From a virus (Duplodnaviria > Caudoviricetes): a stretch of 58,233 bases of DNA. The notes beneath the pieces are model-generated. The model did not search any database. It was not told where the DNA came from and saw only the letters and a program-made list of their open reading frames with translations. Location of the stretch: positions 1 through 58,233 of IMG/VR virus record IMGVR_UViG_3300021379_002051. One strand, given 5' to 3'. Both the position numbers and the translations under genes were made by a program. The first letter of the stretch is position 1. Each line of letters starts with the position of its first letter. Positions 28,713 to 39,480 of this stretch are shown piece by piece.

Positions 28713-29894
28713 TTAAGCATTATAAGTGACTATAACTTTCCAGGAATCTATAGCACCAGAAGCAATAGGGTCGGTATCCTGTATAGACAAAACCCAATCT
28801 CCAGATGGTACATGATTAGTAAAATGGTCTAAAGACGCTAGGTAGTCAGGGTTAGATTTGTCGTAAATTCTGCAGTACCCGCCATTTTTGACATTATGTA
28901 AATATGTAGTAGGAGGTGCTTTGTTGGAGAATATATAATTAAAATTATCCTGATAGTTAGGTATTTTATGGTTAGAAGATAAAAGCACTCCCGATCCAGA
29001 CGGCGGAATTAATGCAAATATCAAATCTTGAGGATTGCTGTGAGAAAGACCTCCAATAGCTATATCAATACTTTCAACGGTTCTAATAGTTTCGTCAATA
29101 GCGATAGTGCCGCTAGTAGTAGCTTCATCCAAAATATCAATACCAGAACCTGTATAAACGACAGAGTACAAATCTAGAGCAATACAGCTATCTATACATA
29201 AATTACTTTGGGTACTACTAGTATCAGTATCTTGATCTATAATACCCCCTGTTTGATTATTGTCTGTTGTACCTGTACCTGTGATGAGCTCAGCAAAGTT
29301 AGCATCTGTAGTATCTGAATTCGTAAAATTAGCATTGCTAAAAACACAATTATCAAATACTGCTGATGAAAAATTTACATTAGTAAATGAGCTACCTGTA
29401 AATGACGAATCAACAAAACTAGAATTGGTATAATCTTTTCTTGTTTGTAGTACCCCGCCAATAGTACCACATGCTCCTCTATAAGTAGTAGAGGCTGGAC
29501 AGCTTGTAAGAAAACTAGAAACCCTGTTTATAAGAAAGATGGTACCTGTGGCTATTCGGGTGTTAGAAACAAAATTATTATTTTGAGCATATTCTATAAC
29601 ATCCAAGTCATATTGCGCTGTAGTAAAATCGAACTCATTGGTTTCTGAACCTAACAGCTTAAATACTATTTGACCGTCAGCATTACCAGATAATGACCAG
29701 CCATCAACGTTTAAACTAGCATTAGCCTCAGAAGAAAAAGTAAAACAAGACCCATCACCACCGGACGTCACTAATTGCATAACAATACATTTATCTACCA
29801 AATTTATAGGATTTCCATTGGTATCATTATACTGAAATGTAATTTGAAAATCCGTACCTTTTTCTATACTGTAATTAAGGGTCGCAGCTGGCAT
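28713..29894 (-). CDS. virion protein: BppU-like N-domain, pentapeptide repeats, proprotein-convertase P-like domain
   Basis: N-terminus paralogous to 37432..37836; SSFTG/SSFTN/VNFSS/AVFDN/CVFSN/ANFTN repeats; LSHSNPQDLIFALIPPSG..GDWVLSIQD..GAIDSW. Confidence 0.65.
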   Translation of the reverse strand: MPAATLNYSIEKGTDFQITFQYNDTNGNPINLVDKCIVMQLVTSGGDGSCFTFSSEANASLNVDGWSLSGNADGQIVFKLLGSETNEFDFTTAQYDLDVIEYAQNNNFVSNTRIATGTIFLINRVSSFLTSCPASTTYRGACGTIGGVLQTRKDYTNSSFVDSSFTGSSFTNVNFSSAVFDNCVFSNANFTNSDTTDANFAELITGTGTTDNNQTGGIIDQDTDTSSTQSNLCIDSCIALDLYSVVYTGSGIDILDEATTSGTIAIDETIRTVESIDIAIGGLSHSNPQDLIFALIPPSGSGVLLSSNHKIPNYQDNFNYIFSNKAPPTTYLHNVKNGGYCRIYDKSNPDYLASLDHFTNHVPSGDWVLSIQDTDPIASGAIDSWKVIVTYNA

Positions 29895-29905
29895 TAATAT
29901 TCTCC

Positions 29906-30427
29906 TTAGCTATATATATCTCTACGAAAATCGCCAGGATATGATAGTGAAGTAGGATCAAAATTATTACCAACAAACGGACTAAGTACTGCTCTAATGG
30001 CTTGAGCACCACCAAACTCATAATCCATTCTTAATTTATTGTATAATGCGCATGGACCTTGATTTATAATCGTTTCATATCCCTTGAGCGCTCCAGCTAC
30101 TTGCAGCGATGCCCCAGCCAAAGAAGCTCTAATACCCTCAGTTGCTGCTTTAGTTCTTAGTGAACTGTGATCTAAAATACACGCTGCTTTTAACGCTGTA
30201 AGTCCGATAAAATCTAAATCTTTATTTGGCAATAATGTGGGGTCTGGTGTAATTTCCATATCTATCAAATTGATTGCATATTGGTTCTTCAGATTAACCT
30301 CCAAAGCAACATATTGACCAGCAACCAGTATAAGCTGCTGCACCCTTTCGTCACTATATGTTGGAGAATCAGACAGATCATTAATCCATGATCTTACTAT
30401 AATTGGTATTTCTAGTTGCCACGACAT
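29906..30427 (-). CDS. putative head-tail adaptor
   Basis: Likely start MSWQLEIPIIVRSWINDL..YSDERV, resembling adaptor N-termini; synteny. Confidence 0.5.
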   Translation of the reverse strand: MSWQLEIPIIVRSWINDLSDSPTYSDERVQQLILVAGQYVALEVNLKNQYAINLIDMEITPDPTLLPNKDLDFIGLTALKAACILDHSSLRTKAATEGIRASLAGASLQVAGALKGYETIINQGPCALYNKLRMDYEFGGAQAIRAVLSPFVGNNFDPTSLSYPGDFRRDIYS

Positions 30428-30470
30428 AATTATTAGCCTTTTGTGTTGGTAAGCTATAACCTTAAATACA

Positions 30471-31409
30471 CTAATTATCAAGATGAATTTGATTTATGTA
30501 TTTGTTTTTGGCGATTTTGATATATTTTGCCAGTATATTGCCCTGTTTTTTTGTCCATATTATATTTAATTGATTTGGAGTGATGTGTGAAACCCTTCCA
30601 TAAATATTTGGCTGCCTTACGCAGTAAATATCATCATTATACATATGGCGAAAAGACAGAAATTTTGAATTTATATCTAGATTTTTAGGAGCCTTAATCT
30701 TAAGGTTATTAGTAATAGAGCAACCTATACCTTTTTCACATCCTATGTACCCTAGTATTCTCTCTATGGCGTGGCTATAATTACCATCATGTTTTTCATT
30801 TACCTTACCTGATTCTTTATGTAAGAATTTTTCTAGATTATATTTATTGGGAATAATATACTTTTGATATAATTTAACATCTCCCATAAACATATTACCA
30901 CCAACAAAAATTCTGACATCTGGATTAAAATTTATAAACTTTGCAACCTCTGCAATTTTGTCTTTATGTAAACCTTCGGTATTTTTATACATCAAAGGAC
31001 AGCAACCCAGGCATCCATAGTTATATTTCTTCATTATATTTGCATTACGTTTTACATTATCTAAATCACCAATTAAAGAATCTATTAACATAGCTCGCCA
31101 ATTACAAATCCGATGAATACCCCATTTGCTTTTTTTGCTATGTAACTTAATAAAGTAATCATATTCTTGATCACTAAGTAAAGATATCTGATCTATAAAA
31201 GAATAAATATCAGCTCCAACATTAGGATAAAATTGAATAGATTTTACATTTTGTAGTGTGTGCAGATAAAAAATGGTTTTGCTATTATTGTTCTTGTCGC
31301 AGAGCCCAACGTATATATCAAAAATATCAGTAGTATTATCTAATACTGATATAAATTCTTTAGTTAGATCATTGTGATATATCCAAATTAAAACTGCTAT
31401 TTTTTTCAT
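30471..31409 (-). CDS. RgpF-like rhamnan synthesis/glycosyltransferase
   Basis: IAVLIWIYH, PNVGADIYSF, YFIKLHSKKS, WR..LIDSL, FVGGNMF, DGNYSHAIER match RgpF-family motifs. Confidence 0.75.
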   Translation of the reverse strand: MKKIAVLIWIYHNDLTKEFISVLDNTTDIFDIYVGLCDKNNNSKTIFYLHTLQNVKSIQFYPNVGADIYSFIDQISLLSDQEYDYFIKLHSKKSKWGIHRICNWRAMLIDSLIGDLDNVKRNANIMKKYNYGCLGCCPLMYKNTEGLHKDKIAEVAKFINFNPDVRIFVGGNMFMGDVKLYQKYIIPNKYNLEKFLHKESGKVNEKHDGNYSHAIERILGYIGCEKGIGCSITNNLKIKAPKNLDINSKFLSFRHMYNDDIYCVRQPNIYGRVSHITPNQLNIIWTKKQGNILAKYIKIAKNKYINQIHLDN

Positions 31410-31433
31410 TTATTGTTTTTCGATATTTGAACA

Positions 31434-31619
31434 CTAACTAAATTCTGATATTGCCACTCTTTTCCACGTATCTGTAGCAGTACACACATACAAGTAATCA
31501 CTATCCCAACTAATATCTCCTTGAGTTCCAGTATCAGTATTACTAGAGGGAACAGTTGGATTTGATAATCTTAATCCGCTTGCTGCAACGATATTGTCTA
31601 TTTCTAATTGTGATGGCAT
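31434..31619 (-). CDS. small fibre-associated protein
   Basis: PSSNTDTGTQGDISWDSDYLYVCTATDTWKRV, a common phage fibre motif. Confidence 0.6.
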   Translation of the reverse strand: MPSQLEIDNIVAASGLRLSNPTVPSSNTDTGTQGDISWDSDYLYVCTATDTWKRVAISEFS

Positions 31620-31621
31620 GA

Positions 31622-32821
31622 TTACGGTATTGTCTCCGCATCTATATTTAATGTATTTGCTTCTGTATATCCACTAATATCTCCTCCAACTTCTAGTAAA
31701 TCAAGTTTACATACCCAATTCACATTTTTACTAGCTGCACCCTTACCCTGTATGAGTAAATAGTCACTAGCTCCAGCTCCGCCACCAGAAAGTATTGCCT
31801 GAACATCCCAGGAGCTATCACTTTCATAAAAAATAGTCTTAACGGGAGTACCTAATATCGATGCCTCATAACCGTCATTAACAAGAACGCCCTCAAGCTT
31901 ATATGCTGCGTTATCTTGTCCGTTTGTTCTACGAGCTACAATATTTGCTGTAAACATCATGGTTCTGTTAGATGCTAATATAACGTTTGATCCATTGTTT
32001 TGAATAGTGGTGAAAGTGTCATCTGTTGTAGACGTTCTTAATACATAAGAACTATTTTGAGCATCTCCATTATCAGTGAAATTACCATGAGACAGAGTTG
32101 TTTGTCCATCATTATAAAGCCAGCCACTAGTGCCTACCATGACTCCTGTAGGACTAGCATAAAAACCGCTGTCTGTAAGTCCAATATCTCCATTTACTTC
32201 TAACTTATAGGATGGCGAAGCCGTCCCTATACCAACTCTATCTGTACTAGCGTCTGCAAATAACAGGTTTGCATCGCCCGTACCTGCTACACTAAAATCA
32301 CAATCATCTCTCACATAATTAAATTTAACATTGCCATTACCATCTATTATTAGTCTAGAGTCACCAAACCCATTGCCCTGTGCAATATAAAAATAACCGC
32401 CTGATGGCATAAACATTCTTATTCCATCCCCAACCGAACTTTCGATACCAACATTAGACGAGGAGCTACTATCTAAATAAATTGTACCATTCATATAGCA
32501 ATCGTCATCAACACCCAAGTCTCCGTATACAAAAAGCTTTCTTGGTGATGTATAAGCATACCCTATAGCAACCCCTGATCCGTAATCAAAGATAGTGCTA
32601 TTACCTATACTGTTAGATGTTGTCCACTTAGTAACATAAGACCCAAAAGCACTAGTAGTACCAACACCAGTAGGCACAGGTATTCCACTTACTTCTAATG
32701 AAGTGGTAAAATTTCCAGTAGCAGCAGTTATGCTATCAGTAGTTATACTAGCAGCAGTTATACTATCAGCAGTTATGCTGCCGGATGTGCTGATATCATT
32801 ATTTCCGAAATTCGCTGACAT
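31622..32821 (-). CDS. tail/head fibre protein
   Basis: RVGIGTASPSYKLEVNG repeat; C-terminal domain paralogous to 33161..35221. Confidence 0.7.
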   Translation of the reverse strand: MSANFGNNDISTSGSITADSITAASITTDSITAATGNFTTSLEVSGIPVPTGVGTTSAFGSYVTKWTTSNSIGNSTIFDYGSGVAIGYAYTSPRKLFVYGDLGVDDDCYMNGTIYLDSSSSSNVGIESSVGDGIRMFMPSGGYFYIAQGNGFGDSRLIIDGNGNVKFNYVRDDCDFSVAGTGDANLLFADASTDRVGIGTASPSYKLEVNGDIGLTDSGFYASPTGVMVGTSGWLYNDGQTTLSHGNFTDNGDAQNSSYVLRTSTTDDTFTTIQNNGSNVILASNRTMMFTANIVARRTNGQDNAAYKLEGVLVNDGYEASILGTPVKTIFYESDSSWDVQAILSGGGAGASDYLLIQGKGAASKNVNWVCKLDLLEVGGDISGYTEANTLNIDAETIP

Positions 32822-32828
32822 AATTTAC

Positions 32829-33149
32829 CTACTCAGTAATTGTGACTGTTCCATCTTCATTCATGGTTGCTAGACCAATTTGTGTCATCTTATCTGCTAT
32901 GGCGCTCATATCATATTTATATATCAGTTCGCCAAGATCATAATGTAGTTGAAATATTTCAGCAGCATTTGTACCAAGAGCGTCTGCTATTTCTTGAGGA
33001 GTAGCTCTAGGATTTCTCCAAAAAATATCTACTCCGTGCCTATAAGACTTAACCATCCTATCAAAAGTCGAATTTGTTATTTCTAATAAATTATTCTTAG
33101 CTTCGTTGGCCCAATCAGGTTGTTGATTATTTGTATTTATAATTGGCAT
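32829..33149 (-). CDS. hypothetical protein (possible fibre chaperone)
   Basis: 106 aa between two fibre genes. Confidence 0.5.
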   Translation of the reverse strand: MPIINTNNQQPDWANEAKNNLLEITNSTFDRMVKSYRHGVDIFWRNPRATPQEIADALGTNAAEIFQLHYDLGELIYKYDMSAIADKMTQIGLATMNEDGTVTITE

Positions 33150-33160
33150 AATTTAAACCC

Positions 33161-35221
33161 CTAAAAACATGAGACGACACCATCTAGCGAACACACCCAC
33201 CTGATGGTTTTTCCCGATATTCCGTTAATTTTAATGTTCATGCGATCAAAAGTGCCATTTGGAACAACACTAACAGACGCTGAACTCATAGACGCATCTG
33301 CAAAATTTTCAGTAATTAAGGAACCAACCACTTGCGGAGTGCCTGTACTGTTTTTAATACACCCTCTGATTATCCAGCCAGCTGCTGTATCGTCTGTATC
33401 ATTATTGGCTGCTATGTGTAATGTAAAAGTTAATACCGTACCCAAACCAACATAAAACGCAGAACTATAGTTTGATCCAGATTTATCAGTACTTAAATAA
33501 CGGTCACTAGCATCAGTACTCTGACCTTGTATTACATGAAAAACTCTTTGGGCGTCTCCTTTGTTGGTAAAGTAATTAGTGGCAAAAACCATACTGTTAG
33601 GCGCATAATTTTTTGCTCCTTCTCCAATAAGTAGTCCTGGTGAACCAGCTTGTTGATTAGTAACAGATGGGTCAAGTTGAACGCTAAGATCTTTTACCGA
33701 CGAATACCAGTATCCTCCATCCAAGGTCTGCCATCCACCATTTTCTTGAGCAACGATGGTCGGACAGGAAAATGTTCCATTAACGTCTAATGTATTTTCA
33801 GGAGCTAGCTCAGAATAAACACTACCATCATGCATATTGATACCAACTCTGTGGTTGGTAGAATCAGTAACAATATCGTATAATTTATATGAGCTAACAT
33901 ATGTAGGAGGAGCACCCTGTTGAATTCTAACCTCTCCAACAGATAAATATCCGGGATTTTCTAGGTCAGAAGGTTGATAGCCGCCAATTTTTAATTCACC
34001 GCTAGCTACAATATCGTTGTTGATGTTTATTCCTCCAACGCCAGTAACACTATAGGTGTCAAGATCAAGATTTCCACCAAGCTGAGGAGATGTATCCTCT
34101 ACCACATTAGCTAGCAGACTAGTTCCCCAAACTCTACTATCAATCTCATCTGTGCGCAGTTTGCCACCACTATCTAAAACTACAACACTATCATCTTCTC
34201 CGGTACCAATGTTAGGGGCTGTAATAGTTCCTGTTATATCTAAAGAATTAGGGGTATCGTTGGTTCTACCAGGGCCTAGAACCAATATTCTGCCTTGACT
34301 AGAATCGCTTCTTAAAACTCTGCCAATGTTTTGAACCAGATCTGTGGCACCAGAAGGTCTGCTGTTGGTTAAACCGCCACCACTAGCCACATAAACGGTT
34401 TGTCCTACTGTAAAACTAGAAGTATCAAAACCTTTAGACAAACCAAAACAATGAACATGTCCCTCACTGTCACTAGTAAGAGCAGTTTCTATTATTCCGA
34501 TAGCGGGCATTTTAGAAGGGTCTGCAGCATCAGCAGGAGCGACAGAGGCTTTACCATTAGTTCCGTAGTAGCCACTTACATAAACCGGAGTGCCAGCAGC
34601 TATATCGGAACCTGTTTGATTCTTACATTCTACTACTATAGGACCATCTAAATCTCCATAAAAATTTTCAGCGGTAATATCACCATCAATATTTATATTA
34701 CCAACACCAGTAACGCTATACGTATTAATATCTAGATTAGCACCTAACTGAGGACTAGTATCGTCAATTAGATCGTTCAATCCTCCCCCACCAGCTCCTC
34801 CTATAGAACTCCCATTAAATTTGAGTGTACCGTTATCATTATATAGTTTATTTGTGGTGTCAGCAGGCACATTAGAAGCTAAAGCGATATATCTGGTGTC
34901 TAAGCCAGTAGCATATATAGTGTTGAAGCTATTACCAGGCTCTCCTATATTATGGGATCCCTGTATAGGAATAATATCTCCGTCTTCTGATATTTTAATT
35001 CTAGGAACAGCAGCATTAGAATCATCTGCAGACGTAATAAAAACAAGAGAAGCAGGATTAGAAGAGGAGCCAAAAGACCCCTCTCCCATTCCATAAATTC
35101 CAGCCCCTATAAGTTGCGATGCACCGCCATCCGCTTCTGCGGAGGCGGCGAATTGCAATCTTCCCAGTATATCACCAGACGACACTACCGTATCGTTGGT
35201 CTGAAGTGTAATACTATACAT
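33161..35221 (-). CDS. fibre protein with capsid-cement-like internal domain
   Basis: Two DTSPQLGxNLD motifs; KNQTGSDIAAGTPVYV..MPAIG..GQTVYV domain. Confidence 0.7.
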   Translation of the reverse strand: MYSITLQTNDTVVSSGDILGRLQFAASAEADGGASQLIGAGIYGMGEGSFGSSSNPASLVFITSADDSNAAVPRIKISEDGDIIPIQGSHNIGEPGNSFNTIYATGLDTRYIALASNVPADTTNKLYNDNGTLKFNGSSIGGAGGGGLNDLIDDTSPQLGANLDINTYSVTGVGNINIDGDITAENFYGDLDGPIVVECKNQTGSDIAAGTPVYVSGYYGTNGKASVAPADAADPSKMPAIGIIETALTSDSEGHVHCFGLSKGFDTSSFTVGQTVYVASGGGLTNSRPSGATDLVQNIGRVLRSDSSQGRILVLGPGRTNDTPNSLDITGTITAPNIGTGEDDSVVVLDSGGKLRTDEIDSRVWGTSLLANVVEDTSPQLGGNLDLDTYSVTGVGGININNDIVASGELKIGGYQPSDLENPGYLSVGEVRIQQGAPPTYVSSYKLYDIVTDSTNHRVGINMHDGSVYSELAPENTLDVNGTFSCPTIVAQENGGWQTLDGGYWYSSVKDLSVQLDPSVTNQQAGSPGLLIGEGAKNYAPNSMVFATNYFTNKGDAQRVFHVIQGQSTDASDRYLSTDKSGSNYSSAFYVGLGTVLTFTLHIAANNDTDDTAAGWIIRGCIKNSTGTPQVVGSLITENFADASMSSASVSVVPNGTFDRMNIKINGISGKTIRWVCSLDGVVSCF

Positions 35222-35248
35222 CCTGGACCTTATTAAAAAAAATAATTA

Positions 35249-36898
35249 CTAGATAACAAACCAATTCGTACCATCAGATACAAAAGTCATTGCTTCATAC
35301 TGATAGTAAAGAGCAACACTAGTCGCACCATCAATAGTTTCGCTACCATTCTGACCAATCGTTACTGCACCAGCAGCACTATCAGTCTTTTTAACAATAA
35401 CCATTTTACCAGCAACAGGAGCTGGAAGATCAACTGTGAAACCTCCAGCACCACCGGCTATAAGATTAATGTCGGCAGTTACAGGATCTCCAGATGAGTA
35501 ATCTGAAGTAGTAGCCACGGTTCTGCTAATCTTAACCTCAGTTACTGAGCTATCGGCAAGGTGAGCGTTGTCGATAGAACCATCAACGTAATGCTCGCTG
35601 TCGATACTGTCGTCAGCAATCTTATCGCCGTTCACAGAATCAGCAGCAAGATGAGCGTTGTCGATAGAACCATCAACGTAATGCTCGCTGTCGATACTGT
35701 CGTCAGCGATTTTATCGCCATTAACAGAGTCAGCAGCAAGATGAACGTTGTCGATAGAGCCATCAACGTAGTGCTCACTGTCGATACTATCATCAGCAAT
35801 TTTATCACCATTTACAGCATCAGCAGCAAGCTTATCTGTAGTAATACCAAGATCCTTCACTCTCACAGCACCAGTACCGTCACTAGCACTTAATTCAATA
35901 GTACTATTATCAACAGTAACTTCTACCTCATCAGCATTAACAGTAATACCATCTCCACCAACCACATTAACGGTACTGCTACTAGAAGTTAAACCATCAC
36001 CAGCAGCATCAAAGAACAAACTATTAGCATTAGAGTAGTTAGCAAGATCATCGTCTACAACGAAATCAAGCTTGCCAGCGCCAGCGCCATTGTCAATATA
36101 GCTAACCGTAATACGTGTTTCAGTATTACCTGTGACCATATCTCCTATAAAATCTTCAACCTGTTCTTGGGTTAAAGTAGCACCAGCAACAAGATTTGCT
36201 CTACTAATCTTTTTAAGCGAAGTAGCACTAGCATCGTAAATTAATAGCATATCGCTATCATTAGCAGTTTCTGCTAGCTCAGATTGAGCTGTAACAGCAG
36301 TTTCATCTACAGTGGTGGTTATACTAATATTACCGCTCAAATCAGTGGTAGTACTACCAGTAACCTCACCCGCTAATTCGATAGTTAAAGCACTAGGAAG
36401 AGTAACATTACCCTCAAGATTTGCAACAAGAGTACCTACGGTTACGCTAATATCGCCAGTGCTAGCACCAGTAGCAGTAGTAGTACCAAGAGTAAACTTA
36501 TCAGCACTTTCATCCCAGATAAAAGCAGCATTATCTCCGGTACTACCTCTTTCTATGATTAAACCAGCATCATTAGCATTACTGGCAGCACCAGTATTCA
36601 GCTCTAATAATGTATCTTCCACCACAGAATTAGTAGTGCTAAGAGTTGTAAGATCTCCATTAACCGTTAAACTACCGGCAATGGTAAGATCTTGACTCAT
36701 TGTTACATCGCCATTGCTAGCAATTTGAATAGCGTCATGAGTTGTCTGACTACCAACATAGCCATTATCGGGCACTTTTAGTGCGCTATTGCTAGTATCA
36801 ATTGTAAAATTAGCATTTGACTCAAATGCTTGGTCCGAAGCCGATGGTCCAAAAAAAACAATACCAGAGGCATTGTTATCAAAAGGTCTATATGACAT
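35249..36898 (-). CDS. fibre/decoration protein with tandem repeats
   Basis: DLTIAGSLTVNG..DAGLIIERG..FIWDES motif; three 30-aa repeats. Confidence 0.7.
   Translation of the reverse strand: MSYRPFDNNASGIVFFGPSASDQAFESNANFTIDTSNSALKVPDNGYVGSQTTHDAIQIASNGDVTMSQDLTIAGSLTVNGDLTTLSTTNSVVEDTLLELNTGAASNANDAGLIIERGSTGDNAAFIWDESADKFTLGTTTATGASTGDISVTVGTLVANLEGNVTLPSALTIELAGEVTGSTTTDLSGNISITTTVDETAVTAQSELAETANDSDMLLIYDASATSLKKISRANLVAGATLTQEQVEDFIGDMVTGNTETRITVSYIDNGAGAGKLDFVVDDDLANYSNANSLFFDAAGDGLTSSSSTVNVVGGDGITVNADEVEVTVDNSTIELSASDGTGAVRVKDLGITTDKLAADAVNGDKIADDSIDSEHYVDGSIDNVHLAADSVNGDKIADDSIDSEHYVDGSIDNAHLAADSVNGDKIADDSIDSEHYVDGSIDNAHLADSSVTEVKISRTVATTSDYSSGDPVTADINLIAGGAGGFTVDLPAPVAGKMVIVKKTDSAAGAVTIGQNGSETIDGATSVALYYQYEAMTFVSDGTNWFVI
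35561..35830 (-). repeat. 3 x 90-bp coding tandem repeat
   Basis: LAAD(S/A)VNGDKIADDSIDSEHYVDGSIDN(A/V)H x3. Confidence 0.9.
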
Positions 36899-36925
36899 TT
36901 TTTATCTCTCCATTCAATTTAAAAA

Positions 36926-37444
36926 TTAAATAATATACCAGTTGTTATTGTTAGAGATGAACGAAAAACTTTCGAAACCATAGTTAAGAGTAAAAGAACT
37001 TTGACCGTCTATATTTGCTGTTCCGCTAGGAATAACCGTTACAGAGCCATTACCAATATTTTTAACCAAAATTTCACCACCACCAAAACCGCTAGCAGAT
37101 GGAAGATACACACTAATATCAGACAGTTCGGAGTTTACAAAAACAACCTGACTTTCTTGAGTTAAATATGTATCATTATCTACATTAGTATATTCTCTAG
37201 TAGTTATTACACCGCTATCAGGATCTTGTACAGTATCTAAAATAAAATTTGTAAGACCAACAACATCAGAAGCATAAACTATACTGCCAGCTAAACCAGT
37301 ATTAACTTCTACTGTATTAGAAGCAGGATCACTAATTTCGATTGTTACAGAAGACGCAAGATTGTCTGAAGAAGTGTCTACCTCAATAGTATAATTATTA
37401 GTGGTAACCTCTACAGAATATTCTTCTTCACTCATGTTTGACAC
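36926..37444 (-). CDS. virion protein
   Basis: C-terminal LPSA..VKN..IDG..SNNNNWYII domain paralogous to the end of 35249..36898. Confidence 0.6.
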   Translation of the reverse strand: MSNMSEEEYSVEVTTNNYTIEVDTSSDNLASSVTIEISDPASNTVEVNTGLAGSIVYASDVVGLTNFILDTVQDPDSGVITTREYTNVDNDTYLTQESQVVFVNSELSDISVYLPSASGFGGGEILVKNIGNGSVTVIPSGTANIDGQSSFTLNYGFESFSFISNNNNWYII

Positions 37445-37836
37445 TCTAATAGATCAGTTGATTTACTGTATCTCTTGACGATTGTAATAGTGCCATATAA
37501 AATACGCACAGTATATTTGCCACCATCTGTATAATAATCATCGTCAGACTGAAGTTCTAAATCATATTTAGCATTATTGAAAGCAAAACTATTGGTTTTA
37601 GATGCAGGAAACTTTAGGTCTAACTTACCTTGAGCCCCTGACAACTCAAATTTATATTGGGTATAATCCATATTTTCAGTGGAGAAAATTTCTACACTAT
37701 TATTACTAGTTTTCCAAATCAATCTAGCGCACCAACCAGTGATATCAACAGGGTTACCATTACCATCCTTATACACAACAGACATATGAAAAGAAGATCC
37801 TTGCTCTATGCTGAAATCGTGTTTTCCTGCGGCCAT
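37432..37836 (-). CDS. virion structural protein (BppU-N-like)
   Basis: MAAGKHDFSIEQGSSF..PVDITG..AKYDLEL..RILYG. Confidence 0.65.
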   Translation of the reverse strand: MAAGKHDFSIEQGSSFHMSVVYKDGNGNPVDITGWCARLIWKTSNNSVEIFSTENMDYTQYKFELSGAQGKLDLKFPASKTNSFAFNNAKYDLELQSDDDYYTDGGKYTVRILYGTITIVKRYSKSTDLLECQT

Positions 37837-37891
37837 AGAACTACCTTTATTGTATTAAAACATATCTTATATTTAAGTATACACCTTTAAT

Positions 37892-37922
37892 AAAAAAGCC
37901 GCCCTGAATAGAGCGGCTTTAA
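37892..37922 (-). terminator. intrinsic terminator after major capsid gene
   Basis: Minus strand AAAGCCGCTC-TATTCA-GGGCGGCTTTTTT. Confidence 0.85.
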
Positions 37923-37950
37923 ATAAACTCTATCTCTTTAAGTGTCTATA

Positions 37951-38967
37951 TTAGATAGCACCTAGAAGAACTCTACGATTATCGAGAACAGCAAAACCCT
38001 GCTCAGCCCAACCGTAGAAACCAGCTCTCTTCTGACGATGTAGGCTATCGTCTTCGAAAATCTGTACTTCTTGTCGTACTGGCATGATAAAGCTATCTCT
38101 GCGAGATAGGTCAAGACCCACAACGTACTCCTCTTTGGAAGAAATGCTACCACTAAATGTTCTACCAAGAACATCAACAGCAAAGTCTTGATACTCTTGA
38201 TCAACACCTAGTTCATCTAGGTCATGAAGATTAACCCCAAATACACGGTTAACAGCACCGTCTCCTGCTGTGTAAATCTCTCTGCGAGTAACCTCGTCAA
38301 GCTGATCAACACCCCAGTTACGGATATCTTCCATAGCCTCTGGAGATACATAAAGATCTGTTAAAGCACCACGATTGTTGCTAGCGCTGTTACCGCCACC
38401 GTTACGACGCATAACAGTTTTCATAAGGCTAACAAGTCTCTTGGTGAATTGACCCTGATCACCATCAGCATCATAAACAACAAGATCTCTATCAACGGCA
38501 GCAGCAAGAAGAGTGTGCCAGCCGTCGTCGTTCATCTTTTTGACAAACGAACCTTCTAGAACTTCCATGGCTCTACCAACAACATCCCAACGAGCATCAC
38601 GAGCATATTTTAAAAGATAGTCGATGCTTGCTCCAATGTCATAAGTTGGAACCATGACATAATCACTTTCGACATGTCTTTCTGGAATATATCCATGATT
38701 AGGGATGGTGTAAGCTACGAAATCTCTTTCGTCACCTGGAGTTAGAAAATCTAGAGGAAATTCTGGAGTAGCACTTTGAGCTAATCTAATGGGCTCAAAA
38801 ATACCATCCAGAATATTACCACTCATCAAACCTTGACGTAGTGGCAATTCTAAAGCTTTAGCAAACTGAGCATTTGCTTCGACAGATTCTTGCTTGTTAG
38901 CAGAACCAGAGCGTACAAGTAGTTCAGTTAACTCTGGAGTTGGCTGAAAATTATCGACTTTGGACAT
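37951..38967 (-). CDS. major capsid protein (HK97 fold expected)
   Basis: 338 aa after scaffold and decoration genes; strong AAGGAG RBS; own terminator; C-terminal GFYGWAEQGFAVLDNR. Confidence 0.85.
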   Translation of the reverse strand: MSKVDNFQPTPELTELLVRSGSANKQESVEANAQFAKALELPLRQGLMSGNILDGIFEPIRLAQSATPEFPLDFLTPGDERDFVAYTIPNHGYIPERHVESDYVMVPTYDIGASIDYLLKYARDARWDVVGRAMEVLEGSFVKKMNDDGWHTLLAAAVDRDLVVYDADGDQGQFTKRLVSLMKTVMRRNGGGNSASNNRGALTDLYVSPEAMEDIRNWGVDQLDEVTRREIYTAGDGAVNRVFGVNLHDLDELGVDQEYQDFAVDVLGRTFSGSISSKEEYVVGLDLSRRDSFIMPVRQEVQIFEDDSLHRQKRAGFYGWAEQGFAVLDNRRVLLGAI

Positions 38968-38993
38968 AAGTAATCTCCTTACAGATAAATAAA

Positions 38994-39452
38994 TTATAGG
39001 TTAACTGAAACTTTAACGTAATCGTCTGAATCTTTAGAACTTAAGAAAGTTCCAACTTTAGCATAAGTGTCGTCGGTGGTAAATTCACCAGCATCACCAA
39101 GATGGGCAGGATCACCAGCCTTTGGCGTGTCGCTTGAAACAACATTATTGGTGGTAATTTGACCTTGGCGAAGTAATGTTACTTTGCCTCCCTTAACAAC
39201 TTCATCTTTATGCCAGTTAATATGCTGTCTAGTTAAATCGATGTCAACAACATCGTTCAACAGAACGCCAACAGGCAAGGTAGTGGCTGACGCAGTTGCA
39301 GCATACTCTACAGCAGCATTTGAGTCATCCATAGAAACACCAACGCCGCTTGCTGAATTGACAGCACATACAATACCACCCCTGGTAGCTGCAGCATTCA
39401 TAAAGAATGAAACGTCAGTTAAAAGTTCGATACGATCTGGTTTTAGAGCCAT
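38994..39452 (-). CDS. head decoration/cement protein
   Basis: 152 aa between scaffold and capsid; PVGVLLNDV..GGKVTLL..VGTFLS. Confidence 0.7.
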   Translation of the reverse strand: MALKPDRIELLTDVSFFMNAAATRGGIVCAVNSASGVGVSMDDSNAAVEYAATASATTLPVGVLLNDVVDIDLTRQHINWHKDEVVKGGKVTLLRQGQITTNNVVSSDTPKAGDPAHLGDAGEFTTDDTYAKVGTFLSSKDSDDYVKVSVNL

Positions 39453-39480
39453 AGTTTAATCTCCATTAAAGAAATAGTGT

